From: Candidatus Woesebacteria bacterium
GTDB lineage: Bacteria > Patescibacteriota > Microgenomatia > UBA8517
Length of the DNA stretch: 64,000 nucleotides
Assembly: GCA_013426185.1 (NCBI GenBank)
Contig: CP058602.1
Location: 463,123-527,122 of the forward strand
Direction of reading: 5' to 3'
The translations under genes were made by a program, and so were the position numbers. The notes below the pieces were generated by a model. It saw only the letters and a program-made list of their open reading frames with translations. It was not told the DNA's origin and did not search any database. The stretch's first letter is position 1; each line of letters opens with the position of its first letter. Shown here piece after piece: positions 17,925-27,140 of this stretch.

Positions 17925-18179
17925 ATGACCGACAAAAACGAGGAAAAACTAGAGAAAGGACAAGCAGTCTGGGAAATGACCCAGACAGAAGGATGGCAGA
18001 TCATTAAAAGCCAGATCGAAGCAGAGATTGCGATAGAGACAAACGAACTCCTCGACTGTCCAGTCGAAGAAGTCGAAAAGCTTAGGACAGCAATCCTGGC
18101 TTATAAGCGAGTTCTAAGCATGGTAGAGACTGCTGAGAAAGAAAAAGTCGAAGCAGCCGAAGCCGTCAGAAACCAATAA
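17925..18179 (+). CDS. hypothetical head-module protein
   Basis: ORF, acidic. Confidence 0.3.
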   Translation: MTDKNEEKLEKGQAVWEMTQTEGWQIIKSQIEAEIAIETNELLDCPVEEVEKLRTAILAYKRVLSMVETAEKEKVEAAEAVRNQ

Positions 18180-18183
18180 AACT

Positions 18184-18501
18184 ATGGCAGACGAAAAAGA
18201 AAATAAAAAACCTGAAGAAAAAGAGACCACAGACAATGTGGTCTTGGCTAAGTTTAAAAAAGATCAAGCCAAAGAAGACAGGCGCAAAAAGTGGCGGGTC
18301 GTAGAAGAAGCGGTCTCAGCAGCCAGGCAAGCCTACTGCGGAAGCTGGGATAACAACAAAGACGAGAAATTAGTTAGCTTTGATACCGCCCTCAAAGACT
18401 TAATTGAAGTCCTAAATAAAGTCGCTGAGGGCGAGATTAAATTAGGAGGTCTCGGAGAGAACGAGGGAGGCATTGAACTCCCCCAGTCCGCCGAAGCATA
18501 A
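18184..18501 (+). CDS. hypothetical head-module protein
   Basis: ORF with TAAAACTATG context. Confidence 0.3.
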   Translation: MADEKENKKPEEKETTDNVVLAKFKKDQAKEDRRKKWRVVEEAVSAARQAYCGSWDNNKDEKLVSFDTALKDLIEVLNKVAEGEIKLGGLGENEGGIELPQSAEA

Positions 18502-18506
18502 AAACT

Positions 18507-18719
18507 ATGCCATACGGAATCAAAGGAAAAACAAAAAAATGGGAGGAAGGGACAAAGACAGGACAAAAGCTCGACGCCCGAATTGAAAAGTGTGTCGCAG
18601 CAAAAATGGCTGACCCTGACTTTAAGTCCCAGGAAGGCAGAACCAAAAAGGAATCAGCCATCGCAGTCTGCAAGACAGCAATTACCAGATCAAAGGAATT
18701 TAGTAAGCAACTAAAGTGA
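18507..18719 (+). CDS. hypothetical small basic protein
   Basis: ORF with TAAAAACTATG context. Confidence 0.3.
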   Translation: MPYGIKGKTKKWEEGTKTGQKLDARIEKCVAAKMADPDFKSQEGRTKKESAIAVCKTAITRSKEFSKQLK

Positions 18720-18730
18720 GGTGATGACTT

Positions 18731-19561
18731 ATGCCAGAAGACCCAAAAAATAAAACAGACGAACAAACAGAACTCGAAAAACTCCTAAACTCGGACGAAA
18801 CCGATGAGGAGGAGGAAGGCGCTGGCGAGGAGGAAAACAAGGGTCAGGAAGGTCAGGAAAGCGAAGAAGAAGAAAACAAGGGCGGTGAGGGCGAAGGTCA
18901 GGAAGAAACTGAAGGTGGCGAAGACGAAGAAGACGAGTTCAAGGGCAAAAGCCGAGAAGAAGTCATCAAGATGCTCAAAGAGCAGCGCCAAAAAGTCGCC
19001 GAGCTTGAAAAAAGCAAGGGCGAAGGCGAAGAAGAAGACAAAGGCAAAAAAGGAGAGGAAGGTAAAGAGGAAGAAGAACCGACTGTCCCCTCAGCCGAAG
19101 AACTGCAGAAGATGACGCCCTCGGATTTTGCAAAGTGGGTTCTGGCACGCATTGACGAAGGGGTCAAAAGAACTATCGAAAGCCAGGACAAAGTAAGAAG
19201 CGCCGTCAAAAAAGAGATCGCCGACGCCAAGAAAGAGCATAACTTAGGCGATCCCGACTACAGAAAAATGGTCTTAGCAATTATCGAGGCAGCCAGTGCC
19301 AAAGGCACTGTCATACCTCTCAAAGAGGCTTGCCAGCAGGTAGACGCCTTCCTGGGCAAGCATAAAGGAAAAGGCGAAGGCGAAGAAGAATCTGAAGAAT
19401 TATCAGATGAGGAAAAGAGCCGCCTCAAAAAAGCAAAGGCTCAAGTGGAGAGCGGAGCGGGCGCTCCGACTAAACCCGAAGGCTCGGATGCCGAAATGAA
19501 ACGCATCCAGAAAGCCCTCGAAGGTAGCGGTCAAAGCCCTCTAGGAGGGTTAGGAATATAA
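18731..19561 (+). CDS. scaffolding protein candidate (highly acidic E/K-rich)
   Basis: Poly-E/G/K low-complexity, coiled-coil; immediately upstream of the major capsid gene. Confidence 0.5.
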   Translation: MPEDPKNKTDEQTELEKLLNSDETDEEEEGAGEEENKGQEGQESEEEENKGGEGEGQEETEGGEDEEDEFKGKSREEVIKMLKEQRQKVAELEKSKGEGEEEDKGKKGEEGKEEEEPTVPSAEELQKMTPSDFAKWVLARIDEGVKRTIESQDKVRSAVKKEIADAKKEHNLGDPDYRKMVLAIIEAASAKGTVIPLKEACQQVDAFLGKHKGKGEGEEESEELSDEEKSRLKKAKAQVESGAGAPTKPEGSDAEMKRIQKALEGSGQSPLGGLGI

Positions 19562-19605
19562 ACACCCCTCCTAAATTACAAAAGAAAGGGGGTGAATAAA
19601 AAAAT

Positions 19606-20772
19606 ATGCCATCAGCAACAGGAATCAGAGGAACAACTGAATTAGGAGTAACCAGGCGATATGATGTCGCCGATGTAGTGTCGTTATTGGATGTCAACAG
19701 GTATCCCCTGTTAGCGATTTTGACCAATGCAGGAAAAGACCCAGTGACTAAGCAAGGCAAAGCCATGAAGAAAGTGGAAACAACCGATCCACAGTTTAAG
19801 TGGTTTGAGGATGAATTCGGAAAGAGACAATTAACAGGGTCAGGCACAGTTGATCCAGACGGAGGCAACCTAACAGTGACAGCGCAATCTGTATACCTAC
19901 AGGTTGGAGATGTAATCCTAGTAGCAGCACAGAAGTGGGTATTCCAGGTAACTGCCATTGTCGATGCTAACACAGTTACGGTGGGAGCAGAGCTGGGAGG
20001 GGCAACAGGAGCAGCAGCCTCAGCAGTAGGAGATGTCTGGCTTATCGGAAACGCCAACGAGGAAGGTGCGGGATTGAGAGACATCAAGTCCACCACGATA
20101 GCCGAACTTTACAACTACTGCCAGATCTTCAGAACACCAGTGGGCATCACGGAAACCGCCAAGAACACCAAGAGTTGGACAAAAGAAAATGATTTCGACT
20201 ATCAGAGACGCAAGAAAGCCATCGAACATATGGTCGATATAGAGCGAGCTTTTATCTTCGGCAAGAGAGGAATCATCACAACAGGAACGCATCCCAAGAG
20301 GTTTACCGCTGGAATTCTAAGCAGAATTAGCACTTACGCCACAGCTAATGTGGACACGGAAGCGGAATTCGAAACATGGCTCGAAAGTCTATTCGCACAC
20401 GGAAATGTGGAGAAATACCTCTTTGCAGCAGCCAGTGTAGTCTCGATGATCAATAACTGGGCAAAAGGGAAACTCCAGGTCATGCCGAAAGACAAGACCT
20501 ACGGATTGAACATTGTGACCTACGAATCGCCACACGGAACGCTGCACATAATCAAGCATCCATTATTGACAGGGACGACCTATGGAAACTACGCCATTGG
20601 ACTGGACATGGAGTGCTTAACATACCGCTACCTTAGCAATCGTGACACCAAACTCTTGACTAATCGTCAAGCGCCAGGCGAAGACAGCCAGGTAGATGAG
20701 TATTTAAGCGAAGTCGGACTGCAAATGGAACAAGAAAGTCGCCACGCCATCATGAGCATGGGCGCTCTCTAA
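19606..20772 (+). CDS. major capsid protein (putative)
   Basis: 388 aa after the scaffold gene; strong SD; followed by two hairpins (20829..20888). Confidence 0.55.
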   Translation: MPSATGIRGTTELGVTRRYDVADVVSLLDVNRYPLLAILTNAGKDPVTKQGKAMKKVETTDPQFKWFEDEFGKRQLTGSGTVDPDGGNLTVTAQSVYLQVGDVILVAAQKWVFQVTAIVDANTVTVGAELGGATGAAASAVGDVWLIGNANEEGAGLRDIKSTTIAELYNYCQIFRTPVGITETAKNTKSWTKENDFDYQRRKKAIEHMVDIERAFIFGKRGIITTGTHPKRFTAGILSRISTYATANVDTEAEFETWLESLFAHGNVEKYLFAAASVVSMINNWAKGKLQVMPKDKTYGLNIVTYESPHGTLHIIKHPLLTGTTYGNYAIGLDMECLTYRYLSNRDTKLLTNRQAPGEDSQVDEYLSEVGLQMEQESRHAIMSMGAL

Positions 20773-20828
20773 AGTTAATAACCTGAAAGGATCGATATGA
20801 CTAAAGCGAAAGCAACAACTAGGAAGTC

Positions 20829-20888
20829 ACTGCACACTTTCTTACTCAGTGCAGTCGCCTGAGAAGGGGTGAGCGTAATCGCCCCTTC
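20829..20888 (+). terminator. two stem-loops after capsid gene (attenuator or partial terminator; no T-run)
   Basis: CACTGCAC/GTGCAGTG and GAAGGGG/CCCCTTC stems. Confidence 0.3.
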
Positions 20889-20938
20889 AACTGGCGCAGA
20901 AAGTTATTAAATAATGCCAAAAAGAAACGAGGTGACAA

Positions 20939-21541
20939 ATGATGACTGATCAAGAAAGTAAAGCACTAAAAGACATGAGCATGTCGAAACTCTGGGCAGA
21001 AGCCAAGAGGCTCGACGTATCCAATAAAGGAAAAAAAGATGAGCTTATCGCCCGTTTGAGAGAAGCCCAAGAGGAAGGGGGTGAAAACAGTATGCCTAAT
21101 AAAGATAAACTAAAAGCAACCAAGAAAACCGAACAGCCCAAAGAGGAAACATTCATCTCGAAGTATCACGAGCTAAGATTGGTAAACAAATCCGCCTACA
21201 ACAAAGAGGTGAGTGGCAGAGTAATTACTGTTCCAGGGACTTCAATCCAGTTCCATGAAGGAGTCTACAGGACTAGCGATCCTGACGAGATAGCCTTCCT
21301 TGAAAGTCACCCTAACTTCGGAAACACCTTTGTCAAGATTGAAAAAAAAGACCAAAAGAAAGCGGTTGATGAAGTAATTGCCGAGCGTTACAAGGACTTA
21401 GAGGCTCGTGAGAAAGAACTCGCAGCTAGAGAGGCAGCTCTGAAAAAGAAAGAAATGGCAGCCAAAGGGCAAGAAGAAGGCGCAGAGATGCAAAAAGTGA
21501 AAACTGGCGTTAGAAGCACGGCTGACCAGCCGAAGTTTTAA
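20939..21541 (+). CDS. protein with N-terminal SAP/Rho-N (HeH) DNA-binding motif
   Basis: MSKLWAEAKRLDVSNKGKKDELIARL resembles Rho_N/SAP helix-extension-helix. Confidence 0.4.
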   Translation: MMTDQESKALKDMSMSKLWAEAKRLDVSNKGKKDELIARLREAQEEGGENSMPNKDKLKATKKTEQPKEETFISKYHELRLVNKSAYNKEVSGRVITVPGTSIQFHEGVYRTSDPDEIAFLESHPNFGNTFVKIEKKDQKKAVDEVIAERYKDLEAREKELAAREAALKKKEMAAKGQEEGAEMQKVKTGVRSTADQPKF

Positions 21542-21558
21542 TAAAAGGCTAAAAAACT

Positions 21559-21882
21559 ATGTCAACAGCAAGTCGACCAGATTTCATGAACAACGAAAAA
21601 GTCTGCACGCTGGATGTTAACAACGGCGGGGCTTGGAGCAACTACTATCCCCTCGTTGATGCCAACACTTATAAAGCGGGTGAAGGATGTTCAGTGGTCG
21701 TGCGAGCCAGACAAACCAATACAGGCTTAATTTACATCGCCAAGAATCTTTATGCCTCAAAGGTAGCGCCGTTCAGACTCAGCCCAGGGGAAGCAATCGA
21801 ATTAAGGATTAAAGACCTAAGCCAAATCCTAGTCGGCGCAGAGGTCTCAGGAGACGCAGTCAACTGGATAGTTGAACTATAA
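21559..21882 (+). CDS. hypothetical structural protein
   Basis: TAAAAAACTATG context. Confidence 0.3.
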   Translation: MSTASRPDFMNNEKVCTLDVNNGGAWSNYYPLVDANTYKAGEGCSVVVRARQTNTGLIYIAKNLYASKVAPFRLSPGEAIELRIKDLSQILVGAEVSGDAVNWIVEL

Positions 21883-21886
21883 AACT

Positions 21887-22483
21887 ATGGCTAAACTAAG
21901 AACCGATAACAAACTAGAAAAAAACATTCTTACCAAGCTACAGATTTTAATCGGTAGCGATGACGGTGAAGAAGATTACGATACAACTTGGTATCCTAAT
22001 GGATTTGCCAGCAATCAGATCAGTATCGGTCATGACGGCACAGGCAGCTGTGACGGCGGGTTTAGATTTCTCCGCCCCGTAATTCCCAATAACGCCAAAA
22101 TCGTCAAAGCGGTAATTAGGGTGAAGTCGGCAGTCAACTCAACCAAGCGACCAGTCTTTGTAATCAAAGGACTTAAAGAGCCAAGCTCGAACACCTTTGC
22201 AGCAGGAGGTGCTGATCGCCCATCAACCAGAGTCAAAACAACGGCGACAGTAGCATGGACACCAGGAGCGGACTGGGCGATCAATACTTGGTATGACAGC
22301 CCAGACATTAAAGCAATCATTGACGAGCTTATAACCCAGCCAGAATACACAGGCAAAGCTCTGGGGCTGGTAATCGAAGACAATAGCAGTCCAAGCAACC
22401 AATATGAAAACATCTATGACTTTAATAGCGGGGCAGCAAATGCAGCCAGGTTAATTTTGACAATAGCGCCAAATATAAATTAG
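21887..22483 (+). CDS. single-copy paralogue of the ~180-aa repeat domain found 3x in 23788..26388
   Basis: GSDDGEEDYDTTWYPNG...IGHDGTGSCDGG...RPSTR...WAINTWYDSPDI...LVIEDNSSPSNQYENIYD is almost collinear with the N-terminus of the amidase protein. Confidence 0.5.
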   Translation: MAKLRTDNKLEKNILTKLQILIGSDDGEEDYDTTWYPNGFASNQISIGHDGTGSCDGGFRFLRPVIPNNAKIVKAVIRVKSAVNSTKRPVFVIKGLKEPSSNTFAAGGADRPSTRVKTTATVAWTPGADWAINTWYDSPDIKAIIDELITQPEYTGKALGLVIEDNSSPSNQYENIYDFNSGAANAARLILTIAPNIN

Positions 22484-22513
22484 AAAACTAACGCCTAAAG
22501 GAGGTGAAACGGA

Positions 22514-22795
22514 ATGCAAGAAAGCGACGCAGCATTATTAGAACAAATCATAAAATCCTTTGTCGATGAGCCAGATAAGGTGAAAGTTGAACGCACAGTC
22601 GACGAGATGGGAGTGCTTCTTTTAGTCAAACTTGACGAAAAAGACGCAGGTTTGGTGATCGGAAAGGAAGGCAGCACAATAGCAGCGCTTCGCAAGATTA
22701 TGGGAGTAATTGGAATGAAGACCAATGCTAGATACAACATTAAGCTGGATGTCCCGCCTGACAAAAAAAGAGGGAGCAATAACTCCCAAAGTTAA
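22514..22795 (+). CDS. KhpA/YlqC-like KH-domain RNA-binding protein
   Basis: FVDEPDKVKVERTVDEMGVLLLVKLDEKDAGLVIGKEGSTIAALRKI matches UPF0109/KhpA (VDhPeeVkV...GkVIGKqGr.I.AiR); SD AAAGGAGGTGA. Confidence 0.6.
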   Translation: MQESDAALLEQIIKSFVDEPDKVKVERTVDEMGVLLLVKLDEKDAGLVIGKEGSTIAALRKIMGVIGMKTNARYNIKLDVPPDKKRGSNNSQS

Positions 22796-22808
22796 ATAAC
22801 TAAAAACT

Positions 22809-23312
22809 ATGGCAGCAACAGTTCAAATAGACGAATACAACGGAGCTGGCGAAACCAAAACCGCCAATATCACTGATACAGATATGGGGTCGGTGGATCA
22901 AGCCAACCTTGATCCCGTAGCCCACCCAATCGTGCCTGGGCAGAACTCCTACGAGAAGTGGCAGAAGTTCGAAGTGACGAACATGGGTGGCTCGTCCAAA
23001 ATCCACAACCTGAAAGTTTGGAGAACAGGGGCGCTAGGAGGCGCAGCCGTCCACAAAACAAATGCCAGAGAAACAGCCTACGGAGGGGCAGCAACTTACG
23101 CTACACCAACAGCTAGCACCTCAATCGTTGCTACACAAACAATGCCTACCAGCGAACCAGCAGGTGCAAACTTAGGCATCGGCGGATCACTCACAGGAGA
23201 GCTTACTGCACCTGGCTACTCAGACTACTTAGTGCATCAGATTCAAACTGATCCAGGCGATGTGGCAGGCTCGACTAGTACGCTCAATTACCAATACGAC
23301 GAAGTTGCTTAA
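22809..23312 (+). CDS. hypothetical tail protein (major tail candidate)
   Basis: 167 aa, Gly/Ala/Thr-rich, position upstream of a possible frameshifted chaperone-like gene. Confidence 0.3.
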   Translation: MAATVQIDEYNGAGETKTANITDTDMGSVDQANLDPVAHPIVPGQNSYEKWQKFEVTNMGGSSKIHNLKVWRTGALGGAAVHKTNARETAYGGAATYATPTASTSIVATQTMPTSEPAGANLGIGGSLTGELTAPGYSDYLVHQIQTDPGDVAGSTSTLNYQYDEVA

Positions 23313-23371
23313 AAACATGACTGAGCAGTTAAAAGGAATTAGCGCAATCCAATGCGCCTTCGAGCAATACA

Positions 23372-23791
23372 ATGCGAAAAACAGAGTTCACATTTATCAG
23401 ACCAAAGACAGGCAAAGCCGAGAAAGTTATTCGAGAGCGCTGGCGGTGGGTAGCGCATTATAAAGACGGCACTTCCCTCCACCAATTCGACGAGGCAACA
23501 GGTATCTTCCATCAGTTCAGAGAGATAGATCAGGCAAATATCGAATCCTTCCAGATGGTCTCAGACAAAAACCCAGAAGGAATAAACCTCCTTATTCCTC
23601 CGCAGGGCGCAGACCTAATCCACTTTTACCGCAATGTGAGACTTGCAGGGCAAAAAAACTGGATTAGACTTTACTTCTTCGGCTGGAAGGTAAAAGACAA
23701 CCGAGGCAGAAGTCTGCAAAAGCTGATTTGTATTTACCCCAACGACAAGATCGCTTTAGTTGACGAAGCGGAAGGAGGTGGAATGAGGTGA
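23372..23791 (+). CDS. hypothetical tail-module protein; probably begins at 23317 in another frame (frameshift)
   Basis: Frame-1 ORF from ATG 23317 (TTAAAAACATG context) overlaps this frame-2 ORF; A5 run at 23377..23381. Confidence 0.35.
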   Translation: MRKTEFTFIRPKTGKAEKVIRERWRWVAHYKDGTSLHQFDEATGIFHQFREIDQANIESFQMVSDKNPEGINLLIPPQGADLIHFYRNVRLAGQKNWIRLYFFGWKVKDNRGRSLQKLICIYPNDKIALVDEAEGGGMR

Positions 23792-26388
23792 TTCTGGAGA
23801 TCTTAATTAACACCGACGATGGTGAAGAAGATTACGATACGACCTGGTATCCCAACGGCTACGCCAGCAACCAATCGACAATAGGTCATGACGGCACAGG
23901 CAGCTGTGATGTAGGTTTGAGATTTGACAATTCAGGCATTGCCGAGGATGCCAGCATCTTAAATGCTAAGATAAGAGTAAAATGCGCTGTCAACTCAACC
24001 AAAAGACCGACACTGAAAATTAGAGGAATCCTCCAGGCAGCTCCTGCCACCTGGGATCAGGCAACCAGACCATCCACCCGACCCAAAACCATAGCAGCCG
24101 TAGACTGGGACATAGGAACAGATTGGGCAATTAACACCTGGTATGAAAGCCCCGACATTACTAGCATTATTCAGGAAATCGTCAACCAGACAGGCTTTAA
24201 TGGAGATATCGCCCTAGTGATTGAAGATGATGCCAGCCCAAGCAACCAATACGAAAACATTTGGGACTACAATCAAGGGGCAACCGAATCACCAGAGTTA
24301 GTGGTAACTCTCGGCTCAACGACCAAAATCCAAAAATCCCTCACCTACTACCTCGAACCGCAGATACAAGGGGTCAATCTTCCCAAGCAACTGAAGTATG
24401 CGGTTGACGCCACCCCTTCCCCGATCCAAAAGAGCCTGACCTACCGCATCGACCTGCCAGGAGTGAGTCTCATCCAGAAGGCACTTAAATACGGCGTCCT
24501 GACTACTCCCACTCCGATCACAAAACAGCTGAAATACTGCATCGATAAAGCGCCAATCAAAATAACCAAGAGCCTGCGCTATGAGATCGTGCCACCGCCT
24601 GCGATTGAAAAACAACTCAAATACACAATTCTTACCCAGCATTTAATCGAAAAAGAGTTGCGCTACTTCATTCAGGAAGCAATTCCACCCACCGAAAAAA
24701 GCAAAAACCAAGTCTTAAAAACTTACAATGTCATTGAGCAAAACTCAGATGACGGCAGAGAAGACAGTGACGGCAACTGGAATAAGGACGGCAATGCCAG
24801 TCACATCATAACGATGGGCAACTATGGAGGTAAAACCCATACAGGAGCGTTCCGCTTCCGCCATGTCAATATTCCTAGAAACGCCACTATCTTCTTTGCT
24901 AGACTGAGACTGCGCTGTGCTTATACTGATTCCACCGCATTTACCACCAAGCTAAGAATCAAAGGTATCAAAGAAGCCGACGTACAGCCATTCAGCGCCA
25001 CGAACAAACCAAGTACGAAACCAAAAACAGTCGACACAGTAGCTTGGGAAATTTATAAACAGTGGAATGTCAACGAATGGGTGCAAACTCCCAACCTGCT
25101 CCTGATAGTGCAAGAACTGGTGAGACAAAGCGACTGGAAGGCAGGCAATGCGATGGCATTCATAATCGAGGATGACGGCAGTGCTGCGGAAAACTGCAAG
25201 AGCGTCTGGGATAGTTCAAGCGGTGCTGAAGACAAAGCCGAACTGGAGATTTACTGGTTTGACAAAGAGGTTAATGTTTCCTTCTTGCAATTAAATGACC
25301 GAGACGGCGAAGAAGACTACCGAGACAAAACTCCACCCACTAACGCCTGGTATCCTGACGGCTGGGGCAATAACCGAATCACCTGTGGAGATGATGGCAC
25401 TTACTCGCCAGACGCCTCACCCAATGACGCAGGCTTTATCTTCAGTCCGATTTTAATTCCCAAAAAAGCACAAATCGTCTCCGCTCGCCTGCTGGTGACC
25501 AGCGACAACCAGAATAACGCTATGACCAACTGGATTATAAGGGGCTTCGCAGAAGACAATGCTGCGCCCTTTGCCAGTGATGGATCAAACAGACCATCAA
25601 CCAGAATGAAAACCCAAGCCTGGGTGCAATGGACACTGGGTGTAGCAGAAGGAGGAATACTGACAGGTATTCACTGGACTGCTCAGAGCGTCTACGAGTC
25701 GCCAGAGCTGAAAGAAATCGTCCAGGAGATAGTGGATCGAGCAGGCTGGATTGGAGACGCAAGCCAGAAGCTGGGACTAGTAATCGAAAGCGAACACAGC
25801 GCTATCGGCAATGCGAAGTATATCGTCGACTACAGCAAGGGCGGAGCGGGACAATGGGCAGCACAACTTATTATCGCCTGGCAACAAAAGAGAAGAACGA
25901 CAACAATCACGAAGGATTTAGCAGCCTATGATAAAGCCAACTATCCCGAATTTATCATTGTCCATCACAGCGCCACACCCAGAGATTCAACTAAGTTCAT
26001 AACCATCAAAAACGCACATATAAGCTATGGCTGGGGCGACATCGGCTACCATAAATGGGTTAGCGGTTTACTCGATGGAGATGGTATACTAATACAAGGA
26101 AGACCAGAGAACTGGATCGGAGCGCACACCAACAGCAACAAGCAAAACTACCGATCTATTGGGGTATGTGTATGCGGAGACTTCCACTCGACAGCAGGAA
26201 ATGAAATCCCGACAGCAGCCCAGTTAGCCACACTACAGCAACTCCTCGACACGATCAGAAAGCAGCGAAATACTCCCAAAGAACGAGTATTGGGTCACAC
26301 CGAAGTGCCTGGGGCAGCCACCAACTGCCCTGGCGATAACCTGTTGCCTTATATCCAGAATTATAGGCTTACAGGAAGTTTAACCTGA
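23788..26388 (+). CDS. virion-associated peptidoglycan amidase: 3x ~180-aa repeat domain, ~9 short beta-strand repeats, C-terminal Amidase_2/PGRP domain
   Basis: C-terminus IIVHHSAT...GWGDIGYH...GAH...GHTEVPGAATNCPG (T7-lysozyme/PGRP zinc ligands H,H,C); repeats IQKSLTY/IQKALKY/ITKQLKY; three paralogous N-terminal domains. Confidence 0.7.
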   Translation: MILEILINTDDGEEDYDTTWYPNGYASNQSTIGHDGTGSCDVGLRFDNSGIAEDASILNAKIRVKCAVNSTKRPTLKIRGILQAAPATWDQATRPSTRPKTIAAVDWDIGTDWAINTWYESPDITSIIQEIVNQTGFNGDIALVIEDDASPSNQYENIWDYNQGATESPELVVTLGSTTKIQKSLTYYLEPQIQGVNLPKQLKYAVDATPSPIQKSLTYRIDLPGVSLIQKALKYGVLTTPTPITKQLKYCIDKAPIKITKSLRYEIVPPPAIEKQLKYTILTQHLIEKELRYFIQEAIPPTEKSKNQVLKTYNVIEQNSDDGREDSDGNWNKDGNASHIITMGNYGGKTHTGAFRFRHVNIPRNATIFFARLRLRCAYTDSTAFTTKLRIKGIKEADVQPFSATNKPSTKPKTVDTVAWEIYKQWNVNEWVQTPNLLLIVQELVRQSDWKAGNAMAFIIEDDGSAAENCKSVWDSSSGAEDKAELEIYWFDKEVNVSFLQLNDRDGEEDYRDKTPPTNAWYPDGWGNNRITCGDDGTYSPDASPNDAGFIFSPILIPKKAQIVSARLLVTSDNQNNAMTNWIIRGFAEDNAAPFASDGSNRPSTRMKTQAWVQWTLGVAEGGILTGIHWTAQSVYESPELKEIVQEIVDRAGWIGDASQKLGLVIESEHSAIGNAKYIVDYSKGGAGQWAAQLIIAWQQKRRTTTITKDLAAYDKANYPEFIIVHHSATPRDSTKFITIKNAHISYGWGDIGYHKWVSGLLDGDGILIQGRPENWIGAHTNSNKQNYRSIGVCVCGDFHSTAGNEIPTAAQLATLQQLLDTIRKQRNTPKERVLGHTEVPGAATNCPGDNLLPYIQNYRLTGSLT

Positions 26389-26402
26389 GAGGAGGTGAAA
26401 AT

Positions 26403-27086
26403 ATGCAATTTCAAGAATTCGAACAAGACCTGGACGCCAGAATAGCAGCCAGCAAAGTGACTGGCTTCTGGAAGCCAGAAGACAAACAGCGCTGGATCAA
26501 CAAATCGGTGGTAAGAGCCTGCAACTTTGCTCCCTGGAAGTTCCTAAGCAAGCACGCCACCCAGCTTATAGAACTGGACGCTGGCGAAATAAAAGAAAAC
26601 TACTTCCTCCCCTTTGACTATAAGCCAGGTGGAATGATTCTGATTAAAGTCTACGACCCCGTGAGCGGGAAAAGCCTGAAGCATTACAAAACCGACATCG
26701 ACAGCTATCACGCCAAAGCCTACAAATACACCAGAGTCTACACTATCGTGGGAGATGAGTACTTCCTAAACCTGCGAGAGCTAGCGTCTAACTCGTCACT
26801 AGCAGCCTCCGATTATGAGGGTAAGATTATCGATCTTTTTTACAGGAGACGCCCAGTGAAGATGGTCGAGCCGACTGACGAGCCAATCACGCCAGAGGAA
26901 ATGGACGAGCCAATCTTAAAGTTTGCACTAGCGATTTGCCTTTCAAAGACACCAGGTAGAACAACCGACTCGGTCAAGGAAATTCAAGAAGCCAACAGCC
27001 TACTCCAGCAGCTCAAAGACAGAGAGGAGGAAGAACCGCAGAGCGTGTTTAAAGGACAGGCAACGAGCATGCGCTGGCAAAGGTAA
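26403..27086 (+). CDS. hypothetical tail/baseplate protein
   Basis: SD GAGGAGGTGA. Confidence 0.3.
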   Translation: MQFQEFEQDLDARIAASKVTGFWKPEDKQRWINKSVVRACNFAPWKFLSKHATQLIELDAGEIKENYFLPFDYKPGGMILIKVYDPVSGKSLKHYKTDIDSYHAKAYKYTRVYTIVGDEYFLNLRELASNSSLAASDYEGKIIDLFYRRRPVKMVEPTDEPITPEEMDEPILKFALAICLSKTPGRTTDSVKEIQEANSLLQQLKDREEEEPQSVFKGQATSMRWQR

Positions 27087-27140
27087 CCCCGCCAGATCGA
27101 TTGTGCGGGGCTTTGGAAGGCAAGGTGGGCTGGTAACAGC

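Noticed and set aside
18804-19115. 103-aa K/R-rich ORF and several - strand ORFs (18785..18991, 18898..19230) inside the acidic scaffold gene
   Set aside because: Alternate-frame translations of a low-complexity GAA/GAG-rich gene; complementary charge is an artefact.
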